Shown here: piece by piece, positions 22,201-27,821 of the stretch | Position numbering within the stretch: position 1 is the first letter of the stretch | Layout: each line of letters begins with the position of its first letter | DNA from: an uncultured Candidatus Saccharibacteria bacterium | GTDB taxonomy: Bacteria > Patescibacteriota > UBA1384 > CAILIB01 | Direction: 5' to 3' | DNA length: 64,000 nucleotides | NCBI GenBank assembly: GCA_964593885.1 | Contig: CAZQKK010000001.1 | Span: forward strand, 24,066 to 88,065 | Notes under the pieces: model-generated | Seen by the model: only the letters and a program-made list of their open reading frames with translations | What the model was told of the DNA's origin: nothing | Databases searched by the model: none | Position numbers and translations under genes: made by a program

Positions 22201-23250
22201 ACCGGCTGTGTTGGCGATAGTTGATGCGCTATCCCAGTAGCTGAGCTGTCCAGTAACTCCTGATCCAGTAACTCCACCACCACTTGAACATGAACCCCAG
22301 GCAGGAACACCAGCGGTAATGATGAGACACTGGGTATTTGAGCCATTTGCGAGAACAGACCAGGTTCCGCCAGCAAGTACTGGGATACCCGTAGAGCCTG
22401 AGGTGTTGAGTCCGGTGCCACCGTACTGAGCCGCGATAACACTCCCCTGCCAGGACCCACTAATGACGGTGCCTAGCGTGCTATTTCCAGAAACGGTGAG
22501 GGTGGTGGCGTCAGCGGTAGCAACGTAGAGGTTGGCAAAACGGTTTCCGGTAGCACCAAGGTCAATGGTTCCTGAAGGTGTTAGGTTACCGGTAAAGCTA
22601 GTAACACCGAGCGTCTTGTTGGTGAAAGTCTCAGTTCCAGCAAGGGTAGCAAGGACACCAGTAGTTGGCAGGGTAACGCTGGTAGCACCTGTGGTAACCA
22701 GGCTCAAAGGATCAGCGCTAGTGGTAAAGCTGGCGCCAAAGCTGATGGTGGCGCTGTTTGGAATGGTGAGAGTACCCGTTGTGTCAGTAACCGTGAGGCC
22801 GCTCACCTTCTCAGCATTGATTGCCTGAGCAACAGCACCAATCTGGAGACGTGGTGTCATCTCACCGTCGCCGTTGAAGTTAATCCCTAGGTATACCCCG
22901 TCCTGGTTGAAGTTAACCGCGGAGGTGATTGGGTTTGAAGAACCAAGGTTGGTGCCAAAAATACTGTTAGTAACGGTGAGGTTCTTGGTCTCAGTCCAGA
23001 TTGGAGCTCCGCCGGTTGCAACGGTGTAGAGGCTGAAGGTAAAGGAGTACGAACCGGTAACAACCGTGGTTCCGTTGAGGTTAACAACACGTCCCTGGAA
23101 AGGAATCTGGCGATTGATACCTGAAGCAGCAAAAGCTGTAGGTGTCTGAACTACCCAAGAAAAGGCATTTGAGCATGCAAAAGCAACCACTCCGAAGAGT
23201 AGTACCCCGCCCCTGAGGAAATTTCGTGTGGCGAAGCGGTGTTGCGACAT
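7294..23250 (-). CDS. Giant secreted/surface protein A, 5318 aa. Signal peptide, repeated Cys-pair modules, about 20 BNR/Asp-box repeats forming three 6-8-bladed beta-propeller blocks, a fourth SGFGS-type propeller-like block and long Gly/Thr/Ser/Ala-rich repeats
   Basis: Single uninterrupted ORF in the track. N-terminus MSQHRFATRNFLRGGVLLFGVVAFACSNAFSWVV...AFAASG is signal-peptide-like. S-x-D-x-G-x-T-W motifs (IYTSSDYGATWTARDSSRNW) repeat roughly every 40 aa in blocks encoded at about 16250-17050, 15180-15900 and 13150-14000. A block of (S/T)xDG(T/S)(S/T)W(T/S)QVN(T/A)SGFGS repeats is encoded at about 9100-10060. A module YGGTG...ANGSNTQCL(I/V)I..GVP(A/T)WGSC recurs 3 times, and TQAAAGTYNFNLPT(A/T)AGTSGY recurs 3 times. 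Confidence 0.9.
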   Translation of the reverse strand: MSQHRFATRNFLRGGVLLFGVVAFACSNAFSWVVQTPTAFAASGINRQIPFQGRVVNLNGTTVVTGSYSFTFSLYTVATGGAPIWTETKNLTVTNSIFGTNLGSSNPITSAVNFNQDGVYLGINFNGDGEMTPRLQIGAVAQAINAEKVSGLTVTDTTGTLTIPNSATISFGASFTTSADPLSLVTTGATSVTLPTTGVLATLAGTETFTNKTLGVTSFTGNLTPSGTIDLGATGNRFANLYVATADATTLTVSGNSTLGTVISGSWQGSVIAAQYGGTGLNTSGSTGIPVLAGGTWSVLANGSNTQCLIITAGVPAWGSCSSGGGVTGSGVTGQLSYWDSASTIANTAGLNWNAGASELGIGTASTIAPLTVRKASSGIVLAVRNTADNATVLSINSTGDISGNSLTVANGLTVSAGTVSLPAGEIGNAELANSSLTVSAGTNLTGGGSVALGGSTSISVIGNPSFATSVTAPTINATTALQLGGLDVNANGTLSNVAYLAQSNAFTQPLSVTSNAGNQISNRYNASNRLDISTSSAGVTSLTAVGSLPGIVLDATATGGTIQMSTPGGSVGILANGAISLGNSGLQTLTLDVSQVNIVDGADIVGDVTNAISGFDWHGRTIGETYGGTGLSSYATGDIIYATGANTLGKRAIGSNGDCLIVSAGIPTWGSCAQASNTLQAAYGNGNTITTTDAKDFAVTLANTTTDSNFIVNIATGSTGKFAVQNNGTDVFAVTSGSTTITSGGLTVTAGTVSLPAGEIGNTELANSSLTVTAGTGLSGGGAVSLGSSTTLSLPNVGSAATYGSASQVPVFTTDAQGRVTGVSATSIALAASAITTGQLAPNRGGTGFDSSASTGVPYISAGAWSAIANGSNNQCLVISGGVPTWGSCSAGGGVTGSGSSGTLTYWDSNTTIASASGLNFAAGALAIGTATTTNGTFTVTRGTSGIAMAVRNTTDSATTFSVSDTGAIIGTSLGLGSGTITSGTINGQTISAAANLTGSLTVANGLTVTSGTVSLPNGSIDNAELANASLTVTAGTNLTGGGSVALGSSTTLNVVNNPTFTGVVTASSAGTGLSVTNDVSIGGLLGVNGIDNSGAGIVDAGTISGATIDAGTNTITGLTNANLSGTAGISNANLANSSLTVTAGTNLSGGGSVSLGGSTTLNIVNNPTFTGLITGSNTGGTALSLTGAPAASATSSLLRLGNAIVGGDAAGTFIGLNAVGGYTGNLVDLQVNGVSKLSVNKDGNIVAGTINAGNLTAGTYNGQTISSSANFTGSLTVASGFTVTAGAVSLPNGSVANAALANSSLTVTAGTGLSGGGAVALGGSVSLSLPNVGSVGTYGSATQVPVFTTDAQGRITGVTNTTIAGVDSGTLDGLDSTDFLRSTASTTFSGTNARTLTVQSSLVAGARSSALVNITQADNATYDSTASLLSITNSDDASTVAPLTVTNNSTVGGAEGIRVVGFQGTTKLSGDNLTLENGVTGLSLTVTASGITSPIDTEEYAINLMREGTSQLKVVNTEVGQVADLNLLDGSLLTNNTTRLTNGGTLQNVTYNGSTIAAQYGGTGQASYAVGDLLYASGATTLSKLTAGVNGQCLVLASGVPSWSSCATASVTLQAAYDNGNTIALTNARNLAFTLQDTATDPNFLINIATGSTGKFAVQNNGTDVFSVTSGDIVSTLDITATGFQVQTGGSCSMFTATYLNFDPSCGGGAGISGDGTDVTVSPNASGSFYVTGSGSLGLVGATSGTVSITTQAAAGTYNFNLPTAAGTSGYFLTSAGGGATAMTWTDPSTLSVSTATNLAGGAAGNIPYQTGAGATSFVGGSAGQILSSNGSSAPTFINLASTLTQGSNISITGTTNPTIAVVSNPTFSGLVTGQAGLTVTGATVNLNASSNFATNIGTGTSTGAITLGGGLNTFAVDSTAFDVSTAGVISGITGITTSGGYTQSGSGANTFSGASTFSTTGANAVAITGAPAASATSSLLQLGSAVVGGSTAGTYLGVNSGSGFTGNFADFQVNGSSKLSVDYQGNLTTAGSINFNNMQLQMLSGTPAGSGSSSSLFFGRNRVTTDGGDASISSFGQSWTQRGSAQSYWTGVATSGDGRYLTGTVYGGQIYTSSDYGVTYTARDSNRNWNDVAISADGRYQTAAGDSTQIYTSSNYGATWTARDSSRTWKQVAMSADGKYQIAGETGANKVFTSSDYGATWTDRGAQGVASATQLAVSANGSKMAVAGNPARISSDYGVTWGNAATIAGGGSYYALALSDDGKRMVSAKYFGGISISEDFGTSWTTMSIGSGSWLRVKMSSDGSRMVTGNNNRAYVSSDYGLTWSNYPIASTFSAFNFENLDISADGKRIVVAPDSSPGYIYTSVAQENTLLANLTVNAGSAFQGSLLKVQSGGQDRFTISDSGSLAVTDAFLGKTFSVTGGVTTAYGQLTVAGGFTPLSSWNPVGTVTGLSEPSVSTTGQYQAAVKNGGKIYTSSDYGATWTARDSDRGWFEVAVSGGGQYQAAVVNSGQIYTSSDYGATWTARDSSRGWQDVAISDDGQYQAATVYGGQIYTSSNYGVTWTPRDSSRNWYDIAVSSTGQYQTAVVLSGLIYTSSDYGATWVSQDSSRVWTAVAMSDSGQYQTALKISTNQIYTSSDYGDNWTARDSSWSWSDVAISGDGTLQLVSASDGNGTYYIYKSTDYGVTWVTLGLTVNKAWQAIALSGDGKYGLVATSDYLYQSVPLTPSLIVSTGGASITGLITGNTGLTITGGVASINASSNFATNINTGTSTGAVTIGGGSNTFAVDSTALDISTAGAITGVTGITTSGAYTQSGSGANTLTGVTTFSAAGTALAVTNNATIGGTLNGQTISATASLTGTLSVATSVTSPIVNVGTAGASTGALNLSGATSGTVTIQTQAAAGTYNFNLPTTAGTSGYILTSGGGGAGAMTWTNPSALGVSWSSLTAPTGNLSLNMGTNTTAFDYATGTGSNNLFSLTTANSSNGTGYLLNIATGTSSTVKPLRVSAAGTDIITVAANGATVLAGTTTVSGALSATAAGTGLSVTNNISIGGQISLAGQILQRLNGSSTSPIERLAFGRTLLGSQSVDETAENFGALWTARDSNRNWTGIASSADGKYQAATVYGGNIYTSSNFGVTWTSRDSSRNWQDVAVSADGSRQTAVVDGGQIYTSSDYGATWAPQDSNRAWHAIAVSADGKYQTAAHYGGQIYTSSDYGATWTPRDSSRIWTSMAMSADGKYQSSTVWNDKIYVSSDYGATWTPKDSNRQWNEGIAMSANGAYQTAGVQSGQIYTSSDYGATWTGRDSSRNWNDMQISDDGARQVAGEYNGTIYVSTDFGVTWASKESSRYWNHFAMSADGKYMSATVDGGQIYTSVTEKTTQYAGLAVTGALSGSAGLTVTGGTINLNVSSNFATNINTGTSTGAITLGGGLNTFAVDSTALDISTAGAITGVTGITSSGSYTQSGSGANTLTGVTTLSAAGTALSVTNNASIGGTLSVGGVPNAGYATAFASSNTADLPGIYGIAYGTAAATYGNAGLRGTGYVTTGTGYGLGVYGVSDGPRAGGTNIGAYFTASGAASNYALLTGAGNVGIGTDTPLSALVVGGAGGVNAGFEIDVSTGITTQAYNRNTLGYATYNIDGSVINLRPGGSVTAAVSSGLLAVTGSVSSTTGFLTNNNQSYKAKNFAGTGVDIAYLDTADALQLIGRAGGINLNVAGAAAPITFTINGGEAARFSSTNRNLLVGTASDDGVNKLQVAGGIATTGGYTQSGSSANTFTGATSVTSGSLTVSNTSNSALSVTSTTGRADGILSGAAGNFRMYQMQTGGSIRWGIYTSSEAESGSNAGSNFGIARYDDAGAYLADAFTINRATGLTTIAGATTLSTSVTSPIVNVGTAGASTGALNLSGATSGTVTIQTQAAAGTYNFNLPTTAGTSGYVLTSAGGAGSPMTWTDPAALSVRWNSIASPTGNQSLTMGTNTTTWNYATGTSTNNLFNLTTDASANGTGALLNIQTGASSTVLPMRIRAGAVEGLLVDASGNVGVGTIAPGAKLSISTNGTSLLSLTHDATNGVISTSTGAINLQPASGTLAINKSGVQNRLRVYGSGGSVYGELTNDNTNTILTSSSGELQLQGTGTNQFILGSVGTAMNLVFEESATISGQGGNTITVGQSGDTFNLNASGVTYNVGTLTSTGATLNTSATGTVAFTINGPAGLTANLLNLAVNSSNRLTVTTAGALSTVSSLTSTLTGANALAITGAPQASATASLVQLGSTIAGGSASGTFLGLNATGGFAGNFVDFQVSGTNFFKVTSSGATSSAATSAVFAANSATESAFQATGTPTSNAAKSLLQLGSAIASGSTGGNYLGINSGSGFTGNFLELEKNGTQVLAVTADAQFNLTGAAIATTSWTQGNTSGFGSAANTAITGAITHNDALYYATTNTSTGTQIFRSTNGTSWTQVNTSGFGSANNTTAVLGSYAGTIYAATTNSSTGAQVWSSVDGSTWTQVNASGFGSASRTTATAITVFGGAAYVSTANGETFRSFNGTTWTLAADLGGSNGSGVRSFFSAQGYLYAASAASSGGAYLQRSQNGTTWSAVGSVGFGDTNNTEFASALYFNGAYYFGTKNTTSGTKLYRSYDLSTFTQVNGSGFGSANNTTVQSMVAYNGGLYAVTGNTSTGSQVYYSADGSSYSQVNTSGFGSSSSSTSYSALAFKGNLIVSVGNASVGTQIWYAQTGTIKSTTAGLAVKSAQIGDVLIENATIKGVSELTAGTISAQTIGVKSLQVADGIAVNSSPTFVGNLAEYKANDTTVLATTISGATKLSPWSFTSVLQTTTAESAFTDITSTANAGGAYNVYKNSGALNDRTYYGFSDSSFTSILYTETSGSGGATGFEVCTELTSGVCTTWTAISGGSDGTTGLTASGTVSWTNTLTKGTVSGISAYWVRLTVSSGMSVQANGRVRISSFETSLATDAGVAFMLQAPYTASVTGWSTNGTFIGANRETAFSGNFLDFRAAGTAVFSVSASGGITVAPTSVSTTLLSVTQIASQTADTIAVGKVFVVDTTGKLASSESLPGVPTVGVDPNSGATRGDLTTSSGPLRPFAGAGLTLNITAGAAYTADHYTSGSRTTVRRCVIPSDTSIAMTASTTEYVYLIASTTDTTTGKQCTVAKNATLPTFNAQYPVLVLAKVVSGASITSVADTRFFIGSTLVYAVSTSSVEPGSIVIQNTSVDGQVDDSSSAAATGVAGITAIGNTASGIFILNTSGTAWAQAVSGAARGVCAGTSTTTGSVNNITAAVTACAGRVMTNAASATPAVLVQISPN

Positions 23251-23257
23251 CCCACTC

Positions 23258-23287
23258 AGTATAGGTGTCCAACAGGTTAGCGGTCAA
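23258..23287 (-). promoter_or_regulatory. Sigma70-like promoter of giant gene A. -35 TTGACC, 18-bp spacer, -10 TATACT, only 7 nt before the ATG, so near-leaderless
   Basis: rc of 23251-23299 reads TTATTTGACCgctaacctgttggacaccTATACTgagtgggATG. Hexamers match the consensus in 5/6 and 5/6 positions. Confidence 0.5.
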
Positions 23288-23299
23288 ATAACCGTATAT

Positions 23300-23327
23300 A
23301 AAAAAAGAAGCTCCTAGAGCTTCTTTT
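23300..23327 (-). terminator. Intrinsic terminator of the TPR gene. Hairpin GAAGCTC-TAG-GAGCTTC followed by a U7 run, with the stop codon in the loop
   Basis: Plus strand aaaaaaagaagctcctagagcttcttttcc. On the minus strand the stem-loop is followed by TTTTTTT. Separates the upstream operon from the giant-gene promoter. Confidence 0.7.
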
Positions 23328-23940
23328 CCAGCCTCTTGATTATCTCTGAAAGCTCATCACGTTTTGTGGCTTCCAGACCTTGTTTTGAGATATTTACCGC
23401 ATCTTGGATTTTTCCCTGGTCTTCGTAGAGAATCGCCAGGTTTGTGTAGGCAACCACGTAGCCAACATCAGACGAGATTGCTTTCCTGTAGGCTCTTTCC
23501 GCCTCCCCCAATCGCAATACCCTACTTTCATCGTCAATTGCCGCCCAATCACGGTACGAATTTCCAATCCCGTTCCAAGCAAACGCTACGTTTGTCTCAG
23601 CCTTGATCAGCTCTTGGTAGCCACTAATTGCCTCTTCGTACTTCTTGAGACGGTACTTTACGAGTGCCAATTGTGCGCGGTACTCAAGCTTTGCGTCCTT
23701 CACCAACGCCTGTTCGTACAGGGTCTCTGCACCAGTCATATCCCCAGCTCGTTGCTGCTCTGCTGCCCGTGTAGCAAGCTCAAGCGCACTGTAGCTAGGG
23801 GTAGCTTGGTTGAGCTCGCGTACCTTGCTCCAGCCACCAACGGCACTAACCACCAATAGAGCAACTCCAGCAAGCAAAATGGTGGCAAAGAAAACGAGAA
23901 AGGCAAACTTCCAAGGCGATCGACGCATGGTGAACATCAT
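23314..23940 (-). CDS. TPR-repeat protein with N-terminal TM anchor (208 aa)
   Basis: Hydrophobic N-terminus FAFLVFFATILLAGVALLVVSAV, then 3-4 TPR-like repeats (AETLYEQALVKDAKLEYRAQLALVKYRLKKYEEAISGYQELIK; AFAWNGIGNSYRD...AERAYRKAIS; AYTNLAILYEDQGKIQDAVNISKQGLE). Start is 3 nt after the stop of the FN3 gene. Confidence 0.7.
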   Translation of the reverse strand: MMFTMRRSPWKFAFLVFFATILLAGVALLVVSAVGGWSKVRELNQATPSYSALELATRAAEQQRAGDMTGAETLYEQALVKDAKLEYRAQLALVKYRLKKYEEAISGYQELIKAETNVAFAWNGIGNSYRDWAAIDDESRVLRLGEAERAYRKAISSDVGYVVAYTNLAILYEDQGKIQDAVNISKQGLEATKRDELSEIIKRLEKKL

Positions 23941-23943
23941 TTG

Positions 23944-25659
23944 TTACAGCTTACTGAGCCAGCCAAAGTTCGCCCTAATTTGGCCGAAAATGAGATCAAG
24001 GAGGGAAACAGGTTGTGCAGGGGCGAGGACCAGGTAGTCAGGTCTCTCCTCTGGGTTTGCTACGTCTTCGTTCCCCACACGGTCTTTCACCACCACCCTG
24101 AAGTGGTAGGACTGCCCAGGCTGGAGACCGGGGATTACCAGGAACTTTGCCCTACTGAACTGGGTATCGGTAAGCACCTGTTTTTCATACTCGCCACTAG
24201 CTCCCGGGCCGTAGTCAATAACCACCTTAGATGGCTCTGAGAGCTCTAGGGAGACCAGTACCTGCACCGTCTGCCTGCTACCAAGGTCAATGGTGGTATC
24301 GCTCCTAAGGCTCAGGATTTTTGGGCGCGTGCTGTCTGGTGGGGTAGTAAACTTGACGTTGCCCGAAACTGCCTGGTTTCCAAAGACATCCTTTCCAATC
24401 ACGGTGAGCGTATAGACGGTGCTACTCTCAAGCTCGGTGAGGGCGTACGTGTGATCTGTGGAGAGGAGGTCGTTTCCTCCTGATCCCTTCTTCCCAACAA
24501 ACTCTGGGTTGGGGTGTTCAACAATTTCATACCGCAAGAACTCATCGATGGCACTTGAGGATTTCCAGGTTACCTTTGCACTATCTTCGGTGATATCGCT
24601 AACGAGGAGGTCGGTGATCTGAGGAATCACAACGGTAGCAAAAACCTTCTCATCGGATTGTAAGAGGTTTCCCGCTTGGTCCACACCCGAAACCTTGAGG
24701 TAGTAGATGGTTCCACTTGCAAGGTTGGAGAGCCTCACGATGTGGTTGGTGGTGAAGGTGGCATCCTCAATTTTGGTAGTGTAGTTTGAGGTACCTGTAC
24801 CGTACTCAACCTTGGTGGTACTTGAGGTAGAGGTGTTCCACTGCACCACTGCTGAGGTGAGCGTGACGTCGGTGATGGTGAAGCCCGAGATGAAAGGCGA
24901 GTTTGGCGTTGCCAGACGTTGGGTAGCACTCACCACAGAGTTACTTGCCGCATCACGCGATTTCACCCGCCAGAGGTAAGCCTGTGAGGGAGTGAGTCCC
25001 GAAACCTTCACCTGGTGGAAGAGGGTGAGATCTTCCGCCCGTCCAACAGCGTTTTCTGTCACATCGGTGACACCATACTCAACAATGGAGCTTGCTACCT
25101 CATTTGTGGTCCAACTAATGGTGACCAAACTTGCCGAGTCAATAGAGATGAGGGGGCCGACGATGATGATTGGCGCGGTAATATCGCCTGGATCGGTGGT
25201 GAAGCTAAATTCAGAAGACTCAACCTGGTTCCCATCAACGTCGGTAGACCTCACTTTAGAGAAATACGTAGTCCCCTTGGTGAGACGGTCAATCTGGACG
25301 TTGTGAGCGGTTGAGTAGGTATCAACCTGGCCAATCTGGTTGTTGTAGTTGCCGCTGCTCGTTCCCAGGTAGACCACCGAGTTTGCCTGCTTATCGGTTG
25401 TCCAGTTAATGGTTACCTCGGTTTCGGTGATACCCGAGACGCTTGGACCAGCAGTGATGACCGGAGGGAGCGAAGCTGAGTAACTGTAGACAACACCAGT
25501 TGCGCCGAAGAAGAATGACTCAATGCTGTAGTTTCCCGATTGAATTTTGATCGGAGCATCATCAGCAGCAAGTGCTTTGGGAACAGTGGCCGTAACCCCA
25601 ACAAGCACCGCAAGAGCGATGGCAAAGAGTGTGCGAAGCTTACTCGTGGCGGATGGCAT
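23944..25659 (-). CDS. Secreted protein with about six fibronectin type III (FN3/PKD-like) domains. The ORF-track start 25716 is less likely
   Basis: Signal peptide MPSATSKLRTLFAIALAVLVGVTATVPKALA begins at the internal ATG 25659. Repeated ~95-aa beta-sandwich units carry FN3 signatures (TETEVTINWTTDKQANSVVYLG...TTYFSKVRSTD; LVTISWTTNEVASSIVEYG...YLWRVKSRD; AVVQWNTSTSSTTKVEYG...YYLKVSGVD; AKVTWKS...; YHFRVVVKD). Confidence 0.7.
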   Translation of the reverse strand: MPSATSKLRTLFAIALAVLVGVTATVPKALAADDAPIKIQSGNYSIESFFFGATGVVYSYSASLPPVITAGPSVSGITETEVTINWTTDKQANSVVYLGTSSGNYNNQIGQVDTYSTAHNVQIDRLTKGTTYFSKVRSTDVDGNQVESSEFSFTTDPGDITAPIIIVGPLISIDSASLVTISWTTNEVASSIVEYGVTDVTENAVGRAEDLTLFHQVKVSGLTPSQAYLWRVKSRDAASNSVVSATQRLATPNSPFISGFTITDVTLTSAVVQWNTSTSSTTKVEYGTGTSNYTTKIEDATFTTNHIVRLSNLASGTIYYLKVSGVDQAGNLLQSDEKVFATVVIPQITDLLVSDITEDSAKVTWKSSSAIDEFLRYEIVEHPNPEFVGKKGSGGNDLLSTDHTYALTELESSTVYTLTVIGKDVFGNQAVSGNVKFTTPPDSTRPKILSLRSDTTIDLGSRQTVQVLVSLELSEPSKVVIDYGPGASGEYEKQVLTDTQFSRAKFLVIPGLQPGQSYHFRVVVKDRVGNEDVANPEERPDYLVLAPAQPVSLLDLIFGQIRANFGWLSKL

Positions 25660-26905
25660 CAATTGGGTTAAGTTTAGCAGCTCGGTTGGCAGGGTAAATG
25701 CCGGTAAGCCCTGCAATAATCAGTGAGAAGAGGAGCGAGAAAACCGGCCAGTAGATAGGGATATTCACCCCTTGGTACACTACAGGGAAGGTGTTCTGGA
25801 AAATATCCGGGACAGTTCCCTCGGCAATCACAGCCAGCACCTGGAAGATGAATACCGTCACCTGCTGGAAGAGGTGCGCCATGATAATACCAGCAATACC
25901 TCCAAGTATCCCTATGAGGAAAGCTTCAGTGAGGAAGAGCCTCCTTACATCTCCTCGCCTAATCCCCAACGCCTTCATGATACCCACTTCTCTCGTTCGC
26001 TCAAGCAAGCTTACGGTAAGCGTATTGAACATTCCGATACTAGCGACAATGATGGCGATGCCACCCAGAATCGCCAGGGTGAGCTGGATGTAGCCAAAGA
26101 CTCGTTTAATCTCATCTACGGTATCCACTACGGTTGTCACACGGTACCCTTGAGCGATAACTGCAGCAGATGCCGCCTCAATGCCACCAACATTAGTGAC
26201 GGTAACCTTCACATTCTCGTAGTCAGGTTTCACCTCGGTGAGCAGGCTCTCCAGGTACTCGCGTGGGACGTACACGGCAGTTGCCACGTCATCAGAAACT
26301 ACCCCTCGTACCACCACGTCCTTTATCTTGGAATTCAATTTGTACTCTCGGTCTAGGCCAAGGTCAAAGGTGATGAGCGGAGTTTTGTCCTGGTCTAAGC
26401 CAAAGAGGGTAAGGAAGCTAGTAGTTACCAGCATGGCGTTGGTTTCACCATCGCCAAAAGACTTTCCTACCCGTATCTTTCCTTTATCGAGGGTAGTGAA
26501 GTAGTCAGCATCAACCCCAACAACCGTCACGTTACTGGTTTTCCCAGGGATATCCACCGATCCCTTAAGGGTAAGCTTTGGGAGCACCCTGTCTACGTTG
26601 GGGATCTGCCTGAAGGTTGCAACAGCATCAGCGTTGAGAGGTTTAATATCCTTGTTGATGCTTGATACTTCAAAAGAGAGGAGGGTGGAAGATTTGAGGA
26701 CGTTCCCCACGGTTAGCCGTTCTAACCCAAGCCCAAGTGAAATGAGGTAGACCATTGAGGCTACACCAAAGGCAATAGCACCAACGGTGAGTACTGAGCG
26801 AAGTCTGTTTCGCCTCAAACCGCTCCACGCCAGTGGAACGAGGTCAATAACCCTGACGCTTGCAACCTTACCCACGGGATTCTCCTGCTTGCATGCCCGT
26901 TGCAA
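25640..26905 (-). CDS. ABC transporter permease, FtsX/MacB/LolC family (type VII ABC). Four TM helices with a ~230-aa extracytoplasmic domain
   Basis: N-terminal TM VLTVGAIAFGVASMVYLISLGLGL, a large loop, then a C-terminal FtsX domain (IQLTLAILGGIAIIVASIGMFNTLTVSLLERTREVGIMKALGIRRGDVRRLFLTEAFLIGILGGIAGII). Overlaps the downstream FN3 gene by 20 nt. Confidence 0.8.
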   Translation of the reverse strand: MQRACKQENPVGKVASVRVIDLVPLAWSGLRRNRLRSVLTVGAIAFGVASMVYLISLGLGLERLTVGNVLKSSTLLSFEVSSINKDIKPLNADAVATFRQIPNVDRVLPKLTLKGSVDIPGKTSNVTVVGVDADYFTTLDKGKIRVGKSFGDGETNAMLVTTSFLTLFGLDQDKTPLITFDLGLDREYKLNSKIKDVVVRGVVSDDVATAVYVPREYLESLLTEVKPDYENVKVTVTNVGGIEAASAAVIAQGYRVTTVVDTVDEIKRVFGYIQLTLAILGGIAIIVASIGMFNTLTVSLLERTREVGIMKALGIRRGDVRRLFLTEAFLIGILGGIAGIIMAHLFQQVTVFIFQVLAVIAEGTVPDIFQNTFPVVYQGVNIPIYWPVFSLLFSLIIAGLTGIYPANRAAKLNPIDAIRHE

Positions 26906-27821
26906 AATCGCTCTGTGACTCAGAGGTTGGTGGGCTGGTTAAGAGGTTTCCATCGCGGATGTAGAAGACCCTGGTTGCATACGGGAGGAAGTCATTGCTG
27001 TGGGTAACAAGGATAATAGTGCGACGTTCCTGCTTGTGGAGACGTTCAAGCTCATCAATGACCATCTTCGCCGAGCGGCTATCAAGGTTTCCAGTTGGCT
27101 CATCCACCAAGAGGAGGGCTGGATCGTGCACGAGTGCGCGCGCCAAGGCCACTCGCTGCTGCTGTCCACCCGAGAGCTGGCTTGGGAGGTGGTTGGCAAA
27201 ATCAATGAGCCCAAACCTATCCAGGAGCTTCAGAGCTTCATGACGCCTCCAGTCTCTTGGAGCTCCTGCAAGCATGAGTGGAAAGGCTACGTTCTCCCAT
27301 ACGCTCAGTGAATCCAAGAGGTTGAAGCTCTGGAAAACAAGTCCCACCTCTTCTCGGTGGTAGATTGCCATCTCGTCGTCGGTGAACTGCTGGATGGTGT
27401 GGTTTCGCAGTTTGATTTCGCCCCGTGTTGGAGGTTCAAGACCCGAGAGCATGTGGAGGAGGGTAGACTTACCAGAACCAGATGGTCCGAGAATCACGAT
27501 GTACTCGCCATCCTCAACGCTAAAGCTAATGCCCTTCACTACCTCGTTGTAACTGATTCCCTGACCGTAAGCTTTGGTGAGGTTAACTGCCCGAAAAACC
27601 TCCTTGTCTGACATGGGAAGCTGGGAGGTAACCTCTGGCCCATCGGGACTTGAGGTTGGTGAAAAGGATTGGCCAAGCTCTTTCTGGATTGCCGCCACCA
27701 GGGGATCATTCTCATCAATTGCAGAAGAACCCCGCTGGTATGCGAGGGTAGCCTCAGCGCTGGTGTCTGAAGTAGTTTCTTCTTTAGGAAGCTGCAGGTT
27801 TTTCGGATCCTGTGGTGGCAT
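26868..27821 (-). CDS. ABC transporter ATP-binding protein (MacB/LolD-like) with a Ser/Thr/Pro-rich N-terminal extension. Alternative start at 27614 ([12 protein letters not shown])
   Basis: Walker [10 protein letters not shown], signature [15 protein letters not shown], Walker [14 protein letters not shown]-loop ILVTHS. The first ~70 codons are low complexity and overlap the HK gene by 38 nt. Confidence 0.85.
   Translation of the reverse strand: MPPQDPKNLQLPKEETTSDTSAEATLAYQRGSSAIDENDPLVAAIQKELGQSFSPTSSPDGPEVTSQLPMSDKEVFRAVNLTKAYGQGISYNEVVKGISFSVEDGEYIVILGPSGSGKSTLLHMLSGLEPPTRGEIKLRNHTIQQFTDDEMAIYHREEVGLVFQSFNLLDSLSVWENVAFPLMLAGAPRDWRRHEALKLLDRFGLIDFANHLPSQLSGGQQQRVALARALVHDPALLLVDEPTGNLDSRSAKMVIDELERLHKQERRTIILVTHSNDFLPYATRVFYIRDGNLLTSPPTSESQSDFATGMQAGESRG

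Noticed and set aside
1-23250. CRISPR-like or tandem-repeat appearance of the highly repetitive DNA
   Set aside because: The repeats are in-frame protein repeats (about 120 bp BNR blades and about 345 bp beta-helix units) with no repeat-spacer periodicity of 25-50 bp and no cas genes. There is no leader-like AT-rich flank.
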